From: a virus
Taxonomy: Duplodnaviria; Caudoviricetes
Length of the DNA: 64,000 nucleotides
Strand: one strand, 5' to 3'
IMG/VR virus record: IMGVR_UViG_3300032007_000068
Span: 11,926 to 75,925 of that record
A model generated the notes under the pieces. That model was given only the letters and a program-made list of their open reading frames with translations, made no database searches and had not been told where the DNA came from. This document shows, piece by piece, positions 26,053 to 35,713 of the stretch. The translations under genes were made by a program, and so were the position numbers. Positions within the stretch are counted from its first letter, which is position 1, and the number at the start of each line of letters is the position of its first letter.

Positions 26053-27240
26053 ATGGCTAATCATAGTTCTTTAACTGATTTATTCACTGATATTGCTAGC
26101 GCTATACGTGCTAAAACTGGTGATAGCGGTGCTATAGTAGCTGATGCCTTTCCGTCTGCTATTGCTGCGATACCCAGTGGTGGTGGCGGCAATACGGATG
26201 CGGAAGATGGAATGATTACACGAACTCTTAGTGGTTCTTATGAAAATTCTAGAATTACTGCAATAGGCAATTATGCTTTTTTTCTTTGTTCTTAGCTGGC
26301 TAGCGTATCTTTTCCAAATGTGAAGAGTATAGGCAGTTACGCTTTTTCTGGCTGTTCAAACTTAACTTCTGTGTCTTTCCCGCAAGCTACCAGTATTGGC
26401 AATTACGCTTTTTCTGGCTGTTCAAACTTAACTTCTGTGTCTTTCCCGCAAGCTATCAGTATAGGCAGTTACACTTTTTCTGGCTGTTCTAAATTATCTT
26501 CTGTCTTTTTCCCGCAAGCTACCAGTGTTGGCAATTATGCTTTTTCTGGCTGTTCAAACTTAACTTCTGTGTCTTTTCCGCAAGCTACCAGTATAGGCAG
26601 TTACGCTTTTTCTGACTGTTCTAAATTATCTTCTGTCTTTTTCCCTTTAACGACTTCGATAGCAGGTAATGCTTTCGGTAATTGTATCAGTTTAGTTACA
26701 GCTAGCTTTCCTGCGATAACTCATATTGGCTCTTGGGCTTTTTATAGTTGTAGCCGGCTGACAAATATAAGCTTTTCTTCAGTAAAGGTTATCAGCAATT
26801 ACGCTTTTGCTGGTTGCAGTGCATTAGTTTCGGCTATTTTCCCAGCAGCGGCTAGCATAGGTGGTTCCGCTTTTAGTAACTGTAGAGTACTATCTGACAC
26901 CAGTTTTCCTTTAGTTCGCTATCTAGGGGTGGGGGCTTTTTTAAGTTGTATCCAATTATCTACTATTAGTTTGCCAAACGTGTCTATCATTTATTCATAT
27001 ACTTTTAGTAACTGTACCCAATTAATGGAGCTGCATTTAATGAGTACTAGTGTTACCCGCTTGGCTATTTCTAATGCTCTTAATTCTACTCCCATAGCAG
27101 GATATAGTACTATTACTGGTCAATATGGTAGTATATATGTGCCATCTTCTTTATATTCTGCTTATATTATATCTACTAACTGGACTTATTATAGTTCACG
27201 TTTTGTTTCTGTAGATACTGGTTTTGATAATGATATATAA
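26053..27240 (+). CDS. BspA-type leucine-rich repeat (LRR_5) protein, 395 aa (one TAG)
   Basis: About 12-13 repeats of 22 aa (xSIGxYAFSGCSNLTSVSFPQA) with a C-terminal YGSIYVPSSLYSAY...NW cap. Fragments 26053 and 26320 are in frame across TAG 26293-26295. Confidence 0.88.
26323..26652 (+). repeat. Five near-identical 66-nt tandem units within the LRR gene
   Basis: Units start at 26323, 26389, 26455, 26521 and 26587. Two variants (SNLTSVSF and SKLSSVFF) occur in the order A-A-B-A-B, with long identical DNA stretches. Confidence 0.9.
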
Positions 27241-27344
27241 CTAAAAATAAAACGGGTAGCAAAAGGGTCGCTCCCTATGTGAGATAATGCGCCATAACGC
27301 AAGCCGTTATTAATAAAATGATACTTTTATGGAGGTATTCTTAA

Positions 27345-28403
27345 ATGAAATTACAAATACTTGTTCCGCATTACCACGAAACGTCGGAAGTTATTTAGCC
27401 TTTACTTGATAGTTTAGCTATCCAATAGAATATTGATTTTCACAAATTGGGCGTAATTATTTGTCATGATGGCGAAGAACCAGAATATGGTATAGCTCCC
27501 AATGAAAATCAAAGTAAAAATATTGATCTAGAGAAAGATTATCCCTTTGAAATAAAACAAATTCATATCCCGCATTCTGGAGTATCCGCCGCGCGTAATG
27601 CAGCTTTAGATGCGGCGACCGCGGACTATGTGATGTTTTGCGATGCTGATGATATGTTTTATAACGCTTGCGGGCTTTGGATGATATTTAGGGAAATGGA
27701 AATAGGATTTGACTCTCTTGTTTCTATTTTTGTAGAAGAAAGTCGCATTCCTGAAGATATCCCAGGTAATCCGCAAATAGGCTAGCCCGCTATGAAGAAG
27801 GGTGATATTACTTATATCAATCATGAAATGGACAGCACTTTTGTTCATGGCAAAGTTCATAAGCGCAGATATCTTTTAGATTAGAATATTAGATGGAATG
27901 AAAAGTTAACTATCCATGAAGATAGTTTCTTTAATATTCTCTGCTAGAACTTGAGTCAAAATGTTAAATATTGTCAATCGCCTTTTTATCTTTGGAAATG
28001 GCGCGATGATAGCGTTTGTCGTCATGACCCCAAATATATATTAAAGACTTACCGTAATATGATTGATAGTAATGACGCTCTTGTTGATGAATTTACTAAA
28101 CGCAAAGTCAATGATAAAGCTATGTTTTATACTGGGTTTATGATATTTGATGCTTATTATACAATGAATAAACCCGAATGGATAAATCAAGAGAATAAAG
28201 AATATCGTGATAGTACGGAGTAGCGTTTTTCAGAATACTTCTTAAAGAGAAAGAGCATATGGGATAATATTAATTCAGCTGATAAAATGTTTATTTCCAA
28301 TCAAGTCCGCACTCGTTCCGTCATGGAAGGAATGCAGATGGAAGCTATTACTATAGATGATTGGCTTAAACATATTAGTGAGCTTGGAGGTTAGAATAAA
28401 TGA
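27345..28403 (+). CDS. Glycosyltransferase family 2 (GT-A fold), 352 aa (code 15)
   Basis: GGAGG RBS. MKLQILVPHYHE..., H.GVSAARNAALDAATADYVMFCDADD (DxD motif), IHED. Fragments at 27447 and 27951 are in frame. Confidence 0.88.
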
Positions 28404-28588
28404 TTTTACAAGAAAAATTTAAACTCGATGAGGGCGGTTGGACTTTAGTAAAGACTTGGTCTGACCGGGGAGTTTTAATTAAATAGATAGGAACTGGAGA
28501 TTTGTATGCGGAAGCTACAGACCCAGATTTTACTAATCGGGAGTATGAGGAAACTGATATTCCTATTGAAAAAGAGGGGGTTGAATAA
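28400..28588 (+). CDS. Small acidic hypothetical protein, 62 aa
   Basis: ATGA overlap with the GT2 stop. KTWSDRGVLIKQIGTGDLYAEATD...REYEETDIPIE. Contains one TAG. Confidence 0.65.
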
Positions 28589-28590
28589 TT

Positions 28591-29193
28591 ATGGCTGATG
28601 CTATAAAAACTTTTTTAACCGATGAAGGTCCGAAGCCAGTTGATTATACTGCGCTAGCTAATTTACCGACTATACCAAGTACAAGTGATATTAATACTTA
28701 GATAAATACTAAAATTGCTGCTAATTGTATTGGCTCTACGACAGATCATTATAGTACTTTATGGGCTAATTTATAGGCGTTACCCGATCCAATGTAGGCT
28801 TGTATAAGCTATAGCGCGAGCAATGGGTCTATCGTTTATTTTCCAGTAGTACGCTATAACGCGGGTCAATATACTTTCGCTGGGCATAAGCCAGCGGGAA
28901 CAGGATTAGATTATAGTACAATTTATGAATATTATTTGGGTTCGTCTAGTTTTACTTTTAGCAGTGTGACTACTTTTAATAAAATGGCCCTTAGTAATAT
29001 AACTGCTTCTGAAGTTGCTAATAATGATTTAGCATATCTTTATGACACGTCTGACTTTGCTGCAAAAAAAATAACTGTATCAGAGCTTAAAAATGTGTTT
29101 GGTAGTTCTGGTCCTAATATTACTACTTCTACTTCTGAGCCCACTTCTTCCGATGGCGCGGTGGGCGATATTTGGCTTGTTTATGAAGCCTAA
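28591..29193 (+). CDS. Hypothetical tail fibre-type protein, 200 aa (code 15)
   Basis: ATG 28591 is in frame with the 28936 fragment. C-terminal ITTSTSEPTSSDGAVGDIW motif, typical of fibre proteins. Confidence 0.6.
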
Positions 29194-29207
29194 GGAGTTG
29201 AGAATTA

Positions 29208-30296
29208 ATGGCAACTTATAATATTACTTCAATAAGTTTATTAGAGCGAGATTTGTCAGAGACTATTGCCGTGGGCGATATTTTAATTTGTCCTTATGAT
29301 AATTCTTAGGCCGAAGAAAAGATTACCTTACCCGTTGGTACTTATAAATTGGAATGTTGGGGTGCTTAGGGTGGTTAGAAAAATAATCAGTATCCTGGCG
29401 GGAAAGGTGGCTATGCTTCCGGAAATTTAAATCTTATAGAGAAATAGGCTTTATATCTCCATGTAGGCGGCAGTGGCAATAATGGTGGTCGAAATGGCGG
29501 AGGTAAGGCGATGGGCGTTGAGGAATATGGTGGGGGCGCTTCAGATATTAGTTTTCAAACAAAAAAGACTTTAGATAAAGATTATAGGTTTTCTCGCGTT
29601 ATAGTGGCGGGAGGTGGCGGCGGTGCGGCCCAGGGGCTTGCCGGCGGCGCGGCTGGCGGTATCACTGGCTTTAATGGTGATTATAATGGATTAGTTGGTA
29701 TGATAGGGTACGGCGGAGGCAATAATGAAATTTCCCCTAATACAAATGGTGTCGCTACCTATGCCGGGCTATCAGCCAGTTAGCCTAGTTCTTATTCTAC
29801 TTCTGGAGACAATTTTAATGGCTTCGGCTGGGGCGGCAATAGCGGAGCCGATAACGGCTATATAGCTGCTGGAGGCGGCGGTTGGTATGGTGGCTGCGGC
29901 GGCTATGCCGCAAAGCCTGCGCTTAGTAGAAGGTACGCCGGTGGCGGTGGCTCTAGCTATGTTTACACTTCTGCCACTGCGAGTGATTACCCGGTTGACC
30001 CAGCTGGCCTTATTAGTCTTTCTAGCGATAAATATTTAACCGATACCAGCATTATTGATGGAGACAGCTATAATGCTATGCTCCAGCCCGACGGAACTTA
30101 TGCCACTGGGCGAGCTGGAGACGGTTATATTAGGATTACAGTAATAGCATTAGCCACAGAGATCGGATATTGCAAAACTAGTGCTTCTACTTGGAGTCCC
30201 ATTGTTAAAGGATATTACAAGTATGGCGCATCGTCCTGGCAACCTATAAATAAAGGCTACACTAAAACCTCTTCAGGTTGGAAACAAATTTTCTAA
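29208..30296 (+). CDS. Glycine-rich domain virion protein (receptor-binding candidate), 362 aa (code 15)
   Basis: YKLECWGAQGG...GGKGGY...VIVAGGGGG...GGGWYGG...GGGGSSY signature of phage Gly-rich domains. TAG occupies the GAQGG Gln. Confidence 0.75.
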
Positions 30297-30320
30297 TCGA
30301 ACCAAATTTATCTAAAAATT

Positions 30321-30367
30321 TTTGGCAAAATCGGATAAAATGTCTTGCCAATTTTTCATATATAATA
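30321..30367 (+). promoter_or_regulatory. Copy of recurrent 47-nt promoter-like motif upstream of the holin
   Basis: TTTGGCAAAA...ATTTTTCATATATAATA followed by GAAAGGAG. Confidence 0.4.
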
Positions 30368-30385
30368 GAAAGGAGTGAGACAAGT

Positions 30386-30769
30386 ATGCAACAGTATATT
30401 AATATTTTTGTAGAGGTCTGTCTCATTCCCATACTAGCAGTATTAACTAAGTTTATTATCGACTGGTTAAACGCTAAACGCGAACAAATCAAAGAAACCA
30501 CTAAAAGCGATATAGCTGACCATTATATTGATTTAATTTATGATACCGTTCGGCGTTGCGTAATAGCTACTAATCAAACTTATGTTGAAACTCTTAAAAA
30601 AGAAAATAGATTTACTGCGGAAGCTCAATAGGAAGCTTTTCATAAGACTTTAAATGCGGTAATTGATATTCTTAGTTAGGACGTTTTAGACTATATAGTT
30701 GCTGCTAGTGGGGATTTGGAGACTTATCTCACTCAGATTATAGAAAGCCAAGTGGCTCTGGAAAAATAA
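30386..30769 (+). CDS. Putative holin (LL-H-like), 127 aa with two in-frame TAG
   Basis: One N-terminal TM helix (IFVEVCLIPILAVLTKFII), then a soluble domain with V.ATNQTYVETLKK...F and LETYLTQIIESQV. It sits at the end of the tail module. Confidence 0.6.
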
Positions 30770-30771
30770 AA

Positions 30772-30798
30772 AGAGAGCCCTAATTAATAGGGCTCTCT
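30772..30798 (+). terminator. Terminator-like hairpin after the holin
   Basis: AGAGAGCCCTA-ATTAA-TAGGGCTCTCT 11-bp perfect stem. Confidence 0.7.
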
Positions 30799-30859
30799 AT
30801 ATCTTTACTCGTCAAATGGCAAAATAGGCAATTTTATCTTAAAAGAAAGAAGGTTTTGT

Positions 30860-31237
30860 ATGAATTATTACAATGCGCCTATGGCACGATTTCCCACGAC
30901 CGGAGGACTTAAAGGTCATCCAGTCTCCTCGTTAGAGGAAGTTAGAGCTACTGGAATTGATTTTGACGGTTCCATCTTTTTCTTCCCCGACATAGCTAAT
31001 AATCGAATCTATACTAAGTAGATTAATATGGATGGGACTGCATCATTAAATATGTATGAACGAAAAGAAATTCCAGTCACTCCAACAACCGGAGATTATG
31101 TAACAAGAGCAGAATTAGCTGAAATAGTACAATCTTTTTAGAATTAGTTCGCGGCGCTTGCGCAACCGGCCGAAAAGCCAGCTTCTACTCCGGCACCGAC
31201 GCCCGCAACTACTAAAAAGACAGAATATAATTTTTAA
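30860..31237 (+). CDS. Six-gene operon, gene 1: hypothetical protein, 125 aa
   Basis: MNYYNAPM...PVSSLEEVRATGIDFDGSIFFFPDIANNRIYTKQINMDGTASLNMYE. The TAG codons read as Gln. Ends in TAA. Confidence 0.75.
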
Positions 31238-31250
31238 GGAGGACTAAATA

Positions 31251-31487
31251 ATGGGCTTTCAAGATATTGTACAATTAATTAGAGGAACGCAAGACCCCAG
31301 ACAATTAAGTTTGGACTTATTAAAATAGAAAATGGGTAATACCCCAATGGGAGAAAATCTTCTTGCTCTTGCTAAAGAAGGTAAGACGGAAGAGATAGAA
31401 AAAATCGCCCGCAACTTGTGTCAACAACGCGGAGTCGATTATGATAAAGAATTTAGCGCCTTTAAGCAATTAATAGGTGTTAAATAA
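31251..31487 (+). CDS. Six-gene operon, gene 2: small helical protein, 78 aa
   Basis: AAGGAGG RBS. MGFQDIVQLIRGTQDPRQ...KQKMGNTPMGENLLALAKEGKTEEIEKIARNLCQQRGVD. Confidence 0.75.
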
Positions 31488-31518
31488 TATATTATTATTT
31501 TAAAGGAGGAACATAAAT

Positions 31519-32409
31519 ATGTTCAACACAAACAATGGCTATAGTCTTTCTGATATAGCCGCAGTAACTCGTGGAAATGATGGCTTTGGCGGATTTGGAG
31601 ATGGTAATGGAGCTTGGTGGTTAATCCTGCTCTTCCTCTTCGCCGGTGGAGGCTGGGGTGGTTTTGGCGGTGGCTATGGAGGCTACGGCAACATGATGCT
31701 GGGTTACGACTTCCCATGGCTGCTAAATGGCCAAAATGCCATTAATGCTAACACCGATGATGGTTTTAATCACGCGGCGACTTAGTCTGCTCTTGGTAAT
31801 ATCTCTGGCGCTATTACTGCGGGCTTTGGTGACGTACAAAACGCATTGTGTAGTGGCTTCGCTGGAGTAAATGCTACTGTTAATGGCGCTCAGAATGCTC
31901 TTGCGCAGTAGCTTTATACCAACTAGATAGCTGACCTCGAACGCAGTTTCGCCTCTCAGACCGCTTCAACGCAGGGTATGAACGCCATTCAGGGCCAGCT
32001 GGCTCAGTGCTGCTGCGATAATCGTGCCGCCACGGCTGACTTAAAGTACACCGTAGCCACCGAGGCTTGCGCGGATAGGGCTGCCATTAATGATGCTCTG
32101 CGCGATGTCATTAGTGCTAATACCGCAAGCACTCAGCGCATTCTTGACCAGCTCTGCCAGGATAAGATTGACGCGAAAAATGATACTATTGCACAGCTGA
32201 GACAAGAGCTTCTTTACGCTCGTGGCCAGGCTTCGCAAGATGTCCAGACTGCTCGTTTACTCGCGGGGCAGACCGCAGAGGTAGATGCGCTTTATGACCG
32301 TTTAAACACTTGCCCGGTACCCACTACTCCAGTTTATGGTCGCACCCCTATCTTCACTTGCAACAATGGCTGCGGCTGCTCTAATGCCTATACTGGTTTC
32401 GTGGCATAA
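31519..32409 (+). CDS. Six-gene operon, gene 3: Gly-rich hydrophobic segment, coiled coil and Cys-rich tail, 296 aa
   Basis: Track fragments 31519 and 31978 are in frame through three TAG. Motifs: GAWWLILLFLFAGGGWGGFGGG, QLAQCCCDNR, CNNGCGC. Confidence 0.8.
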
Positions 32410-32423
32410 TTAAGGAGGATATT

Positions 32424-32846
32424 ATGGAGATTGTAGCTAATGCAATACAAGCCGTAGAACCTAATGCAGACGTATTATTTACTAACATATCGGTCTCTGG
32501 CTCCTCTAGTATAATATGGCGTATGGGTTCTGGCTTAATTACTTTAAGAGGTTTACCCAATGGGCAATGCAGAGCCAGATTTAGAATTTCTTTCGGTGCC
32601 AATATCGCAGTAGAAGAAACTGAAACTGTAGGTCCGATCTATTTAAGTATTGCCTTAAATGGAGAAGCTGTCCCTACCTCCAGGATGATTTCTACTCCAG
32701 CGGCGGTAGATGAATATAATAATGTATCTGCCGATATATATGTAGATGTCCCCATAGGTTGTTGCACTCAATTAAGTATTAAAAATACTGGTACTTTAAT
32801 CACTAATGTTTAGAATGCTAATTTAATCGCAGAAAGGGTGGCATAA
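32424..32846 (+). CDS. Six-gene operon, gene 4: beta-sandwich protein (BclA-C/C1q-like, inferred), 140 aa
   Basis: AAGGAGG RBS. The ORF extends past TAG 32811-13 to TAA 32844-46 (...VQNANLIAERVA). It shows alternating beta-strand patterning. Confidence 0.65.
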
Positions 32847-32848
32847 TT

Positions 32849-33385
32849 ATGGAACAATTAAAAAAGATTAAAGAATGTATGGTAGAAGAAGTTTATGAAC
32901 AATTAAACCATAACCTCGAACACGTTGATACCCATGAACTTGGAGAAGCTGTCGATATGATAAAGGATATAGCAGAAGCTATGTATTATTGTTCAGTCGT
33001 TGATGCTATGGAAGAAAGTTAGAAAGATAAAGACCAAGAACGCCGCACCGTATATTACACTGAGCGCATTTATCCTCCTATGTATGATGGGACGCGCGGC
33101 CGCAAACCCCCTGAAATGAACGACTGGGATACCGACCGCACTAAATCAGAAACGGACTCTTACTTGCGCGATGCCCGGGAGGGCCGCAGTGGCATGACCC
33201 GCCGCACTTATATGGAAGGCAAAGCCACTAAGGCTCCAAAGGAAAAGCAAATGAAGGAATTAGAACAATATGTCCAAGAATTATCTGTAGATATTGCAGA
33301 AATGATTAGGGACGCTACCCCTGAAGAAAAGCAAATGCTACAGAAAAAATTAACTAGTTTAGCTACTAAGATAGATAATGTTTAA
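32849..33385 (+). CDS. Six-gene operon, gene 5: helical hypothetical protein, 178 aa
   Basis: MEQLKKIKECM...ELGEAVDMIKDIAEAMYYCSVVDAME... is in frame with track ORF 33080 across a TAG. Confidence 0.75.
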
Positions 33386-33677
33386 AAGTAATGGAGAGAC
33401 TTGGATGATTATCCTAGTCTCTCCAGAACACCCTCATTTGCGACTTAAAAAAGGTGGCTATACCGCTGGTGTATGCGATGATGCTACTAAAACAATTTAT
33501 ATTAATGAAGAACTGCCATTGTCTTTTATGGGCAAAGTGTTGAGACACGAAATTGCCCACGCTGTATTATTTAGTCATGATGTGTTATTATCTGAACAAG
33601 ATGAAGAATTAATTGCGGACGTAGTAGCAAACTACGGACAAGAAATGATAGATATATTTAATAGGGTTACTATTTAA
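33378..33677 (+). CDS. Six-gene operon, gene 6: small HExxH zinc metallopeptidase-like protein, 99 aa
   Basis: G.C...TKTIYINE.L......VLRHEIAHA...EELIAD, which is zincin (ImmA/IrrE-like) spacing. Confidence 0.65.
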   Translation: MFKSNGETWMIILVSPEHPHLRLKKGGYTAGVCDDATKTIYINEELPLSFMGKVLRHEIAHAVLFSHDVLLSEQDEELIADVVANYGQEMIDIFNRVTI

Positions 33678-33694
33678 TAGTAACCCTATTTTTT
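33660..33694. terminator. Bidirectional terminator at the convergence of the late and early arms
   Basis: AATAGGGTTACTAT-TTA-ATAGTAACCCTATT perfect 14-bp stem followed by TTTT, between convergent stop codons. Confidence 0.85.
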
Positions 33695-33695
33695 A

Positions 33696-34217
33696 TTATG
33701 TCCAATCATTTGGATTAGCTTCAACCCGTGTTTCTTTAACAATAGGTGTAATCTTGTTAGCATAAATGCCAATACAAATCGCATCAGCTTCATCTTGTGT
33801 GCATTTTATATCAAACTAATTTGCAACCAACTATTGCGCAGCCCGCTTCTATTCAGCTCGTTGCTTGCCCCGGACCCCGCAATAACTTTTCCACACTGTA
33901 GAAGGAACCAGCGTGTACTCTATTCCTTCTTCTTTTGCTAATTCAATACATACGCCTAATACTTCTGCCAAAGCTTTATATGTTACTACATTATTTCCAA
34001 CGCTTGATTGTAATTGAATATCTTCAAAATATAAATGAGTGGGCTAAAATTCTGTTATAAATTTCTTTAAGCGATTGCGGATGTACATTAAACGAGCTGC
34101 TACATCTTCCTGCGCCACTTCAAATTTCCCGTATGTGATTAATGACTGTGTCTCTTGTTCCCAAATGGAGTAGCCAGTAATGCGAGAGGACTAATCTAAA
34201 CAAATAACCTTACTCAT
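33696..34217 (-). CDS. ruvC: RuvC-like Holliday junction resolvase, 173 aa (code 15; absent from track)
   Basis: MSKVICLDQSSRITGYSIW...YFEDIQ...WKS..G......K...DEADAICIG. Contains 5 in-frame TAG, including the Gln of the catalytic D-Q-S strand. Confidence 0.88.
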
Positions 34218-34776
34218 TGGTACTACCAAATCCACCAAAACGCTCGCCTTGGCTCTGGTCGTCGTCTACAGTGGTGTAGTTCATAATCACCGCATTTACT
34301 AATCTATCGCCTTTTTTAATCTGGATGGCGAAAGGAGAAAGATTAATAAGTGGTACGAATATTTGGCCCTCGTTCTCCGGATTATCTACATAGTCAGCAT
34401 CGATAGTACCAACCCCATTAGCGAGTATCAGCCAATCTTTGGTAGCAACAGAACTGCGGTTGGTAAGCATTAGCCATTGGTTTTTATCAAGATAGCACTT
34501 TATACCGGTGGGGACAAGAGTCGGTTTAGCTTTTTGTTCTTTGGCGGCGGTAGCTAATTCACTTAAAGTAAAAGGTTTAAGATAAGACCAATAATCAGTT
34601 ACTCTTTTACTTTCATAAGCCCAAATACTCAGTTTATCAAGTAAGTGTTCCATAGGAGGAATAACAATATCTTCCGCGGCTGCGAGGTCATACCCAGCTG
34701 AAGCCGAAGTGGCTCTAACTGGTAGAACCACTCCGGGGTCGTCCGCATATTTACTTACTACAGCGAAATGCGCCAT
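34210..34776 (-). CDS. dut: Trimeric dUTPase
   Basis: Motifs SAGYDL, RSS, GVGTIDADY, GDRL, RFGGFGST, with an extra segment of about 40 aa between motifs 1 and 2. Confidence 0.93.
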   Translation of the reverse strand: MAHFAVVSKYADDPGVVLPVRATSASAGYDLAAAEDIVIPPMEHLLDKLSIWAYESKRVTDYWSYLKPFTLSELATAAKEQKAKPTLVPTGIKCYLDKNQWLMLTNRSSVATKDWLILANGVGTIDADYVDNPENEGQIFVPLINLSPFAIQIKKGDRLVNAVIMNYTTVDDDQSQGERFGGFGSTNE

Positions 34777-35024
34777 TACTCATTATCTCCATAGTAAACC
34801 TGAACAGTTGACTCGGGCTCCTTCTCGTTGTTAAAGGCTATCGTCGCTGTAACTAACTGGTACTCTTCCACTATCTCGCCCTTCTCTTTAATATACTTAG
34901 TTGCATACTTAAATGAAATTAGCTCGCCATAGTCATTATGCGAAAGGGCCTCTCGAAGCTTTAACGCAGCCTCAACGGTCGGTACCCTATAAGTGTTAGT
35001 TACTTTAATTAAATATCCATTCAT
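34776..35024 (-). CDS. Hypothetical protein, about 82 aa
   Basis: Track ORF. The start is moved to ATG 35024, which follows GAGG. Confidence 0.65.
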   Translation of the reverse strand: MNGYLIKVTNTYRVPTVEAALKLREALSHNDYGELISFKYATKYIKEKGEIVEEYQLVTATIAFNNEKEPESTVQVYYGDNE

Positions 35025-35028
35025 TAGA

Positions 35029-35289
35029 TTATATCCTCTCAATCTTTAAATTTTGTGTTTCGTATAATTCCGCTTCTTGTTCGCGGATTCTGTTAGCCAG
35101 CTCGTCGAACATGAATTCTGGAGCCTGCAGCCGCAAAGTATCTTGCTTGTAGAAATTGCAGTATTGTGTAACTATCTTTACAAATTCTTCAGGGTCAGAG
35201 TTAATAGTGCCGCGCACTACTTCTCCATTATCTGCAATACAATAAACATCAGATTTTACATCAAATAAATTATATTTCACCGCAATCAT
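35029..35289 (-). CDS. Hypothetical protein, 86 aa
   Basis: Track ORF, translationally coupled to its neighbours. Confidence 0.65.
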   Translation of the reverse strand: MIAVKYNLFDVKSDVYCIADNGEVVRGTINSDPEEFVKIVTQYCNFYKQDTLRLQAPEFMFDELANRIREQEAELYETQNLKIERI

Positions 35290-35651
35290 ATTTCAATAAC
35301 TCCTTTATCATAAGGAAAAAACATAAATGCATTAACTTGATTTGTTTCTCTATTCTGTACCCAAAATTCAATATGGTCTTTTTCAACAACTTCTACACCT
35401 TTAATTTTACCAAGAGAGTCAAGTACTTCATACAATACATCTTCTATTGTTTCTTCGCCAAAGCCACGGTCCATTACTACTGTATAGTAATGCAATTCGT
35501 TATTTAGCAACATATAGAAAGTATTTCCAACTCCTCTCCAGAAATCATAGATGCCGGCTCGGTCGAACTCATTTCTAGTTATTTCTGGGAGGCTGGCATA
35601 AGAAGCTTGATTAACTTGATAAATGGTTGCAACATTAAGTTTATCTGCCAT
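35286..35651 (-). CDS. Hypothetical protein, about 121 aa
   Basis: Track ORF. The start is moved to ATG 35651, downstream of AAAGGAG and a sigmaA promoter. Confidence 0.65.
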   Translation of the reverse strand: MADKLNVATIYQVNQASYASLPEITRNEFDRAGIYDFWRGVGNTFYMLLNNELHYYTVVMDRGFGEETIEDVLYEVLDSLGKIKGVEVVEKDHIEFWVQNRETNQVNAFMFFPYDKGVIEI

Positions 35652-35684
35652 TTCAAGAACTCCTTTGTCTTTTTGTTTAATTAT

Positions 35685-35713
35685 ATTATACAATAAATTC
35701 AATATTAGTGCAA
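35685..35713 (-). promoter_or_regulatory. sigmaA-type promoter
   Basis: TTGCAC-17-TATAAT with TG extension. Confidence 0.65.

Noticed and set aside
26323-26652. Possible CRISPR array or DGR template/variable repeat
   Set aside because: The units are contiguous and in frame with no unique spacers. Differences are not adenine-specific, and no cas or RT gene is in the window.
27280-27330. Resemblance to the fluoride riboswitch (CGCCATAACGC)
   Set aside because: The required 5' GGCGAUGG...GUU strand and the 3' pseudoknot partner are absent.
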